Of a DNA stretch of 64,000 nt, positions 55,452 through 64,000 are shown piece after piece; position 1 is the first letter of the stretch; each line of letters starts with the position of its first letter. The stretch comes from Alloascoidea hylecoeti (taxonomy: Eukaryota), in NCBI GenBank assembly GCA_001600815.1, contig BCKZ01000016.1:547077-611076 (forward strand), in the 5' to 3' direction. The notes beneath the pieces are model-generated. The model was not told the DNA's origin. It did no database searches and saw nothing but the letters and a program-made list of their open reading frames with translations. The position numbers and the translations under genes were made by a program.

Positions 55452-58030
55452 TTAAAAAGAGAAAATGGTTTTGTATTGTAAACCTCTACTGCCAAGTAAA
55501 TCCCAATCATTAGGTGATATCCATAATTCATTCATAATTTTTAATTTTGAAAAAACTGATCCACCCTTCCAAGTAATTTCTTGTGGATCCATTTCTCTTG
55601 GTGATGACATTATTGAAATTGGAATACTAATCATTGATGAACGAGGAATACTTGGTGTATTAATAACATTATTACTAACATTTGTATTTGTATTTGTATT
55701 TGTATTTGTATTTGCATTTGTATTACCATTAATATTCGAATTTGAATCTTCTGTTGATGGAGTTGGAGTTTGTCTTGCACTATTATTTACAATAGGTTTT
55801 ATAGAATTTAAATTTGATTGAACAATATCAGCCAAAGCAGTTGAAGTTAATATTTCTGGTCTCCAAATACCAATTCTATCAGATAAAATTAAATCAAAAC
55901 TTGGAATTTTTGCAGCACCACCACCAACTATCAAAATATTTTCATAAAATTTTTTAGATTTTGTTAAATCTGTTCTTGTTGCTTGTGTAATACTTTCAAT
56001 AATTGCATAATCTAATGGAGCAACAGGAGTTATAATTTTATTTGATGAAGAATTTGTATTTGTTTTAATTAATGATGATGGAATTGAATCTTCAGGAGTT
56101 GGAGTATCTTTTCTTGAAGAACAAGTAACATCAATATTAATTGATCTTGCATTATTATTAATATTTGTTAAAGTTGTTGAATTTAAACCTGTTATATAAT
56201 TAATTAATTTTGTTTCATCCATTTGAACAACTAAATTATTATTTATAACATTTAATTGAGCTTCAGAAATTGGATCATTAAAACTATCATCATAAATATC
56301 AATTGATTTTGGAAATAAAGAATTTTTAAATTTCATTCTTTGATTAAATTTTAAAATTTTTGATTCAACTGGATCTGATTCATCTAAATAATCACCATTA
56401 CTATTTGGATTATTATCACCTGGTATCATAAATAAATCAGGATAAAATAATCCCATTGGTGCTAACATAACTTCATCAAAAATTTTAAATTGATATTTTA
56501 AAGTTTTTGTAAAAAAATCTCTTTTATAAAAATTATATAATTGAATTGCAATATCAGCATCATTAAAAGTAATAAAGTTTGATTTTAAGTCATTAATTAA
56601 ATTTAAATCATTAAATTTTTTTAAATCAATCGATTTATAAGGAAAATTTGATTGTAATAATAATTTTATAAAAACATTTGTTATATCATCACCACCAAAT
56701 TTTAAATTGATTCTTGAATCAGGTATACACATACCTTCTTCAACACAACAAATACTTGTTTTTTGAGAACCAATATCAACTACACAAGCATTTGAAACAC
56801 CAGCACCAAAAGTAGCAGCTATTGATTCTTGTAATATACCAACATTTGCAAAACCCATTTGTAAAAGTAAAGAAATGAAATTTGTAACATAAGATTTATC
56901 ATATAAATCAGGAACAATTAATAAAGTATTAAAATTTTTATAATTTGAAGAATTAATTGATAATTCAGATTCTAAATTTTGAGATAATATAATTTGTAAA
57001 TCACCTAAAACTTCATGAGAAGAATTATAAAGTTCTAAAGATTCATTAAAACAACCATTTTGAATTGGCCATCTAATTTTATAATGATTTGAAATTGGAG
57101 GAGGGATTTGTAAAGCAGCATTACCAGTTATAAATTTTTTTTGTTGATTTTGTTTTAAAGAAGAAGTTTGATTCCAATAATCGATTTTTTCAGGATCATT
57201 ATGATCAGGGATTTCTTCAGGTTGAGAACGTTTATTAAAATTAATTACCATTTCATGAGAATTTGGTAATATTCTTCGTTTATAATAACGCATTCTTTCA
57301 CGAAAGTCCTTTGATACATAATGTTTTGCGGTTGCAAAGCTTTTACCTAACCATACGGAACCATCAGGTTTATTTATACGATTAGGTAATTTATTTAATT
57401 CATTATCATTATCATTATCATTATCATTATCATTATCATTTTGATTTTGATTTTGATTTTCGTTTTCATTACTGGTATTGTTTTGTATATTATTTTGTCT
57501 GATTGCAATAACATTTGGTACAGTTTTAGGGACAAGACTTGAAGCCAAACCAATTCTTAAGTTTGTTGAGCCTGGATGAATTACTATTGTTTTTGAACCA
57601 ATTAAATCATGTTCATCATCGGAAGTATTTTCTTCGTCATCATCATTGGAAACTTTTTGGTGAAGTTGTTGCTGTTCTTTTTGTTTTTTTGCTAATTCTT
57701 GAGCCTGACGATAAAAAGTGATTTGGTCATCACGTTTTAAGAAATCACTATGGAAAGGAAGGTTAAAAATTCATACTATGAAAGTAAACTGAAGGTAAAA
57801 GGAAAAACTTACGTGTAATAATTTTTCTGGTTTATCATTGTCGTTGGTACGAAAAGCGAAGGTTTTAAATTGGACTCGACCTTGGCAATTCCACTAAATT
57901 TGAGTATTGGTTTGGAGCCACCTCTTTTCTTTGAAGGAGTAGCATTTTGGGTTTGGACGGATGCAGAAGAGGAGTTTGAAGGAGCCTTTCTCTTTAGCTT
58001 TTTTTTCTGTTCAGTAGGGGGGCTGCTCAT
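55452..58030 (-). CDS. ARP8: INO80 complex actin-related protein, intron 57748-57812
   Basis: Exon 1 ...INQKNYYT spliced (GTAAGT...TTTTAAC...TAG) to DFLKRDDQ...TIVIHPGSTNLRIG. Also contains QESIAATFGAG and SPREMDPQEITWKGGSV. Confidence 0.95.
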
Positions 58031-58316
58031 TGATTGAAGATATGAAAATATGGAGATGGTTGGAGGAGGTTGGTGGAAGGAGTAACCTCCGGACTACTTA
58101 AAATTAATGTTGGAGAGGAACTACGAAAACAGAGAGAGCCGGACTCAAGAGATTTTTTCATCTGTATCAGCGAAATAATATTAATGTAATTGGATATATG
58201 GATAATACGGGACGAGAGAAGGTGATATGAGGTTATAGAAAGTAGAAAAAGAAGGTTGTCTCCCCAAGGTTGTAGGTTGCTCAACGTGTTTCACTCGCGT
58301 GGGAGATGATACAGAA

Positions 58317-58814
58317 TTAATCATCTCTTGCTTTCAATTTTAGATCGTATTTTGCCTGGTAATATCCAGCCCAGTACCATGCCAGGAGCAGCTGCTTGAG
58401 CTCGTCGGTCGCGGGGGGCAGCCCGGGGGGTAGCCCGGGAGATGGTGGCGCCGGTGGTGGCACGGACCCAAGAGGTGCTTGCTCCAGTTCCTGTGCCGGT
58501 TCCTGTGCCGGTTCCTGTGCCGGTTCCTGTGCCGGCTCCTGTTTTGGACCCCGTTGTGGACCCCGTTGTGGACCCCGTTGTGGACCCCGTTCCACTGGTT
58601 TCTGCTGTTTCTGCTGTTTCTGCTCCGTTATTTCCTTTTTGTGTTCCTAAGTCACATGTCAGTCAGCTTTGGCCCCGCAACAGCCCCTCACGCACACCCA
58701 CGCACACCCACCCACATGCACCCACATGCGCCCCGCACAGACACTTACTCGGTACAGATCCACGGCTGCGTCCCACGCGTCGACCATTTGCCGATCATCC
58801 CACTGTTCGCTCAT
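58317..58814 (-). CDS. SMN1: Survival motor neuron (SMN/Smn1) homolog, 131 aa, intron 58647-58748
   Basis: Exon 1 MSEQWDDRQMVDAWDAAVDLYR (Gemin2-binding motif), intron GTAAGT...GCTGAC...TAG, in-frame exon 2 with a proline-rich region and a YG-box-like end DELKQLLLAWYWAGYYQAKY. Confidence 0.85.
58488..58590 (-). repeat. Two adjacent 12-bp coding minisatellites encoding (RGPQ)n and (QEPA)n in SMN
   Basis: Plus strand: about 4 copies of TTCCTGTGCCGG followed by about 3 copies of GGACCCCGTTGT. Confidence 0.9.
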
Positions 58815-58910
58815 AGTAACGTATAATGAATGTGATGTGCTCCCAGCCGAGAAGTTATGTATAAATACAACACATCCCTCCACCTTCTTTCTCCAGATCT
58901 TATAATTACC

Positions 58911-59780
58911 ATGTCACAACCCAAGAAGTCTGCCCTCGTCACCGGCGCATCCTCAGGAATTGGCAAGGCCCTGGCCAAAGAACTCCATGCCCGTGGCTTC
59001 AAGGTCTTCGCGGCTGCGAGAAATGTCGCCAGAATGGAGGATCTGGTCGATCTCGGCATCTACACCCTCAGGCTGGATGTATCATCCCTTGAAAGCGTTA
59101 TTGAAGTGAAGGACAAAATTTCACAGTTAACCGGTGGTAACCTTGACTACTTGTTCAACAATGCCGGCCAATCTTGCGGATTCCCTGCCATGGAAGTCTC
59201 AGATGAGCAAATCTTACAGTGCTATCAGGTCAACGTTTTTGGTGTTATGAGAATGTCCAGAGAATTCTTACCTTTATTGGTAAACTCAAAGGGCAAAATC
59301 ATTATCACTGGCTCAATTTCGGCCCATGGTCCTTTCCCTTGGGGTTCTGTCTATGCTTCCTCAAAAATGGCCATTGAACACTACGCCAGTATCTTAAGAG
59401 TTGAATTGAAACCTTTTGATGTCGATGTTTCCGTAGTAGTAACTGGCGGTGTTGCAACTGAAATTGAAGAAACAAGACCAATCTCTGAAAATTCCTTCTT
59501 CAATACTCCTGAAGGTTTACTTACTTTGCAAGAAAGAAGATCAATGTCCGCTAATTCAAAACCAATGTCTCCTGAAACTTATGCTAAAAATGTATGTAAT
59601 GATGTTATCAAATCTTCTACTATCCGTTTTGATTTTTGGAGAGGTACTTATGCTTCAAGGTTTTGGTTCTTCTCCACTTTTATCCCAAGAAGTATTTTGG
59701 AGCATGCTTTGATGATTAGATTTAAGGTCTATGATTTCATTAGAATTACCAAACAAAAACAATTGAAGAAATCAAATTAA
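58911..59780 (+). CDS. AYR1: Short-chain dehydrogenase, 1-acyl-DHAP reductase
   Basis: ALVTGASSGIG, LDYLFNNAGQSC, YASSK, LRVELKPFDV. Confidence 0.88.
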   Translation: MSQPKKSALVTGASSGIGKALAKELHARGFKVFAAARNVARMEDLVDLGIYTLRLDVSSLESVIEVKDKISQLTGGNLDYLFNNAGQSCGFPAMEVSDEQILQCYQVNVFGVMRMSREFLPLLVNSKGKIIITGSISAHGPFPWGSVYASSKMAIEHYASILRVELKPFDVDVSVVVTGGVATEIEETRPISENSFFNTPEGLLTLQERRSMSANSKPMSPETYAKNVCNDVIKSSTIRFDFWRGTYASRFWFFSTFIPRSILEHALMIRFKVYDFIRITKQKQLKKSN

Positions 59781-60329
59781 AAAAAAAAATGGAATTGATT
59801 TATATATATATTCAATATAATCTTAAATTACTCTATTTATAAGCTAAACCTTATTTTGCCTTCAATTTTCAATTATGATACATATATTATTATTGTATAA
59901 TTATAGCTATTATTTTATGTATTATAAAATTATGTAGGCATGCGACCTCCAATATGAGCATGATGTAACTCGTGTGGTTGAGGATACATGTACAGCGCTT
60001 GAGACGAAACAGGGAGCGTAACTGGTTTTCTGCTCTTCTGGAAGCTCTTTCCGCTCTCTGGTTATCGTTTGTTTGGTTCATCTATAACCAAGTAAGAAAA
60101 GCCAGATTATTAGTTAGCGACACAGAAAATGGCTATAAAAAGATGATTCTTACGTCAAATATTTCAATTTGATGGATAGCACAAATGCAATGCGGAGTAA
60201 GTCAACTTATGCATAGTAAAACTTGGGCACGTGCTTGAGAAATCCACATTCTTTTTTTATTTCCTTCCTTTTTCATTAAGTTTTTTTTCTTTCCTTGTTC
60301 CCTTTTCCATTTTCCCTTTTTTCAAAAAA

Positions 60330-61340
60330 ATGGCTTATTTCCGTTCGGTTTCATTGGCTTCTTTGGCCGCAAGATCCACAAAAAACATTAGATCTTTCAC
60401 TTCCTCGGCCAGTAGGGCCTCATACAGTGACACCATTAAAAACTTGGCTATCAATTCAGATACAAAGGTTATTTATCAAGGATTCACTGGAAAGCAAGCC
60501 ACTTTCCATGCTACACAGGCCCTTGAATATGGAACCAAAGTCGTTGGTGGTACAAATCCAAAGAAAGCCGGTCAGTACCATTTAGATTTACCAATCTTCG
60601 CTTCCGTTTCTGATGCTGTTAAAGAAACTGGTGCCACGGCTACTGGTATCTTTGTTCCTCCTTCTCTTGCTGCAAAGGCAATTGAAGAAGCCGTTGAAGC
60701 TGAAATTCCTTTAGCTGTTTGTATCACTGAAGGCATTCCTCAACATGATATGCTCCGTGTTGTGGATATTTTGAAATCTCAATCCAAAACAAGATTAGTT
60801 GGTCCCAATTGTCCAGGAATTATCGCTCCAGAACAATGTAAAATTGGTATTATGCCTTCTAGTATTCATCAAAAGGGTAGAATCGGTATTGTTTCAAGAT
60901 CTGGTACTTTAACTTATGAAGCCGTTAATCAAACAACAAATGTTGGTTTGGGTCAGAGTTTAGTTATTGGAATTGGTGGTGATCCATTCCCAGGAACTAA
61001 TTTCATTGATGCTCTAACCTTGTTCTTACAAGATGATGCTACGGAAGGTATCATAATGATTGGCGAAATTGGTGGTACTGCTGAAGAAGATGCTGCTGAA
61101 TTTTTGAAAAGTTATAACTTAACAAGAGCAGTTCCAAAACCAGTATGTTCTTTTATTGCTGGAATTTCCGCTCCACCTGGTAGAAGAATGGGTCACGCTG
61201 GTGCTATTGTTGCTGGTGGTAAAGGTGATGCCAAATCAAAAATTACTGCTTTAGAATCTGCTGGTGTTATTGTTGAAAGATCTCCTGCTAGACTTGGTAA
61301 TGCCTTATACTCAGAATTTATTAGACGAAGTTTATTGTAA
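60330..61340 (+). CDS. LSC1: Succinyl-CoA ligase alpha subunit, mitochondrial
   Basis: [39 protein letters not shown]. Start ATG at 60330. Confidence 0.97.
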   Translation: MAYFRSVSLASLAARSTKNIRSFTSSASRASYSDTIKNLAINSDTKVIYQGFTGKQATFHATQALEYGTKVVGGTNPKKAGQYHLDLPIFASVSDAVKETGATATGIFVPPSLAAKAIEEAVEAEIPLAVCITEGIPQHDMLRVVDILKSQSKTRLVGPNCPGIIAPEQCKIGIMPSSIHQKGRIGIVSRSGTLTYEAVNQTTNVGLGQSLVIGIGGDPFPGTNFIDALTLFLQDDATEGIIMIGEIGGTAEEDAAEFLKSYNLTRAVPKPVCSFIAGISAPPGRRMGHAGAIVAGGKGDAKSKITALESAGVIVERSPARLGNALYSEFIRRSLL

Positions 61341-61430
61341 TATAAACTTGTTAAATCATATCATTATGATTAATTTTTTTTGATTTTTAATTATTAATCT
61401 TCAAGTATTATTGTTACTGCTATTGTTATT

Positions 61431-61503
61431 ATTATTTATTATTTATTATTTATTATTTATTATTTACTATTTACTATTTACTATTTACTATATACTATTT
61501 ATT
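61431..61503. repeat. Heptamer tandem repeat (TTTATTA/TTTACTA)n
   Basis: Seen directly, downstream of LSC1. Edges are approximate. Confidence 0.85.
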
Positions 61504-61694
61504 ACTGCTACTACTATTATAAAGATATAGAATTAAAGATTAATATTGATCATTGAAAATTGAAATTGAATTTTTACGATGCGTCTCGTAAATCTTTAAA
61601 AATTCACACATTCACGTGATTCACTTACCTCCAGAAACCTTACTTATCTCTCTCTTAATTATTCAACTATAAACTATTAAATATTAACCAAAAA

Positions 61695-62731
61695 ATGTCA
61701 AAATCACCTGAAAAATATCGGTATCGGATGGAAATACAGCAAATGATGTTTGTCACAGGAGAGACAAATGATCCACCTGTCAAAACAACTGCTTTAATCG
61801 AAGATATTGTACGATCACAGGTTATTGAACTTGTAAGTATTGGCTATTTCAATTCCATTTTTCATTTTTATACCATTACTAATTTAATCTTCTATAGTTA
61901 TTACAAGCCTCTAGGCAAGCTGCAAAGAGAAACTCTAAAACAATGACAACTGAAGATTTAATATTTCTTATAAGACATGATAAGGCAAAAGTTAATCGTC
62001 TTCGAACTTATCTTTCTTGGAAAGATGTTCGAAAGAACGCAAGAGATACACAAGATGGGGCTGCTGCAGAAGGTGCTGATCTATTAGATGATGCTGGTTT
62101 AGCAAGTGGAGGTCCAGGAGGTGCTTCTGGTAATGATGCTTCAAAAGCTTTGAAAGTTCAAAAAAGTGCCAAAATTAGACTTCCTTGGGAAATACAATTC
62201 ATGTTTAGTGAACAACCATTAGAAGCAAATGAAGATGAGGAAGATGAAGAAGAAATAGAAGCCGTTTATGCTTCTATTCAAAGATTGAAAACTGCTGATG
62301 AAAGAACTAGAGATATGACAAGAGAAGAATATGTTCATTGGTCTGAATGCCGTCAAGCATCTTTTACTTTTAGAAAAGCAAAACGTTTTAGAGAATGGGC
62401 TGGTATATCCCAATTAATCGAAACAAAACCACATGATGATATTGTGGATACATTAGGGTTCCTCACTTTTGAACTTGTTTGTAGCTTAACTGAAGAAGCT
62501 TTAAAAGTAAAGGAATTAGAAGAAATGATGGGTGATAGTGGTACAAAACATGTTGCTAAAAAGAGGAAACGAGATAATGGTTTATTTGATGGACCAGATG
62601 ATGATCAAAGACCTATAATGCCCCGACATATAGAAGAAGCATACCGACGTTTACAGGTTGTATCTCCAATGAGAAAGACCATTAGAAATTATACTGGTGG
62701 ATTGATAAAATCCAATATGCAATTAATTTAA
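61695..62731 (+). CDS. SPT3: SAGA subunit Spt3, intron 61833-61897
   Basis: [19 protein letters not shown]...[11 protein letters not shown] spliced to LLQA...[28 protein letters not shown]. Also contains [17 protein letters not shown]. Confidence 0.96.
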
Positions 62732-63139
62732 ACATCAATTGTATTATACAGCATAAATTTATATTTACTAGTATAAACTAATTATATTTATAAAGAATTG
62801 ACTGTTCTGTTTACTGTTCATATTTTCAGTTTAGCGATCATGCTGTAAAGATTTAATGAAAAAAGTTATAAATAAAAAATATTTAATATAATTTTTAGGA
62901 CAAACGGTACTCATATACCTATAATATGTAACTAGATTTGTGTACCTCTCTATAGCAAGTTTCACGTAATTTTCACGCAATTGTAACAAAACACCTAGAA
63001 CTAAATAACAAAAACATTAATCGATAAAATGAAATAAAATGAAAGACAAAGTTTGGAAAATTAAAAACAATCCCTTTATTCATCTTTAAAAGTCAATAGT
63101 TTGTTGCTAGATATTCTCAAGATTCATATCTATCATTAT

Positions 63140-64000
63140 TTATGCTACTGGAATCCTCTCCATTTCAAGATTATTCTGTTCTTTAGCCATATCCTCCAAG
63201 TCACGAAGCTCAGTTTTTTCTGCATTAGCAGCTACAAGTTCTGCTATTCTTTTAATAGTAGGAACGTGTAACCAAGATGGAACATATGCTTCAATTTTTG
63301 AAAATTGTCTAACTTCGACATTCTCGAATGGGTCACCAGGATCTGATGCATTAACATCTTCAAATAATTTGTCGTCTCCTTGACCTGAGGCTGAACTCTC
63401 TCTAACCTTTTGAGCAATGGCTTGCAAAATATCTTGACTAATTGGTGGTTCATAATCTGCAACATAGTATTGTGTTAACAACTTTTGAATTTGGGATGGT
63501 TTCAGGGCATAACAAATATCATAAATAATTTCTATATCCTCATTACTAGCCTTCTTTAATTGTAATAGTTTAGCAACCTGGAATAAATGAACTAAAAGGA
63601 ATGAACCTTGATCAAGTCCATGTGATTTACACCATTCCTCGAGTCTTGTAACATTGTAATTAAGTTGTAAACCACGCTTCCATGACAAAAAGTTTCTTCT
63701 CATCAATAGATCATTGAAACAAAGAACATCAATATAACGTAAAAGTTCTAGTATAGCGCCATTCATTACCTCCGGTTCTAAACAGTATGCTAGTTGAGCC
63801 TGTTCAAGAGAGTTGAAGAATGTCAAAACATCATCCATATTATATAGTGGTGCAGATGAGAACATCTTAGATAAAAATGGAGAAGCATCGTTGGTTATAA
63901 ATCCAGGTAATGATTGAGAAACAACAACAGCAGGAACAGCAATCTTGTCTAAAGCTTTCTTCATCTTCTTTAACCAAGTATGATAAATATTATACCCTAA
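63140..64000 (-). CDS. MYO2: Class V myosin, C-terminal cargo-binding (DIL) domain; partial
   Basis: SQSLPGF and CFNDLLMRRNFLSWKRGLQLNYNVTRLEEWCKSH. Continues beyond the window end. Confidence 0.95.
   Translation of the reverse strand, partial: LGYNIYHTWLKKMKKALDKIAVPAVVVSQSLPGFITNDASPFLSKMFSSAPLYNMDDVLTFFNSLEQAQLAYCLEPEVMNGAILELLRYIDVLCFNDLLMRRNFLSWKRGLQLNYNVTRLEEWCKSHGLDQGSFLLVHLFQVAKLLQLKKASNEDIEIIYDICYALKPSQIQKLLTQYYVADYEPPISQDILQAIAQKVRESSASGQGDDKLFEDVNASDPGDPFENVEVRQFSKIEAYVPSWLHVPTIKRIAELVAANAEKTELRDLEDMAKEQNNLEMERIPVA

Noticed and set aside
58396..58905. Plus-strand repetitive ORFs (CAGS, VPVP, FLCR and WTPL repeats)
   Set aside because: Alternative frames of the SMN minisatellites. 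The spliced minus-strand gene accounts for the region.

Overview
AT-rich nuclear DNA from a budding yeast (Saccharomycotina). It uses the standard genetic code: CTG falls at conserved Leu positions in Ste12. Genes carry short spliceosomal introns with degenerate signals. The window holds 25 protein-coding genes, two of them cut by its edges: a Rad5/Rad16/Uls1-type SNF2 helicase, a Hoy1/Pah1-type homeobox gene, RidA, an Ssh4/Ear1 adaptor, PPA2, an F-box gene, JEN2, a Vam3/Pep12 syntaxin, GPI8, STE12, UBX5, three tandem Mrr1/Hap1-like Zn2Cys6 factors, ER cyclophilin, FYV4, TSA1, USA1, MSS51, SFL1, ARP8, an SMN homolog, AYR1, LSC1, SPT3 and MYO2. The main discovery lies in the ~10 kb gene-free region: a complete 396-bp non-coding LTR retroelement (TRIM, 5643-6038, minus strand) with 93-bp LTRs, a 5-bp target-site duplication, a tRNA primer-binding site and a polypurine tract. 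It appears to carry a tRNA-type RNA polymerase III promoter split between the LTR (TATA, A box) and the internal region (B box), with a T5 terminator in the LTR. Other points of note are an intron-split SMN gene that the ORF track shows only as fragments, sharp GC peaks over some promoters, and a recurrent intergenic CAATTGCAA motif. Family assignments come from recognising motifs by eye, not from database searches.
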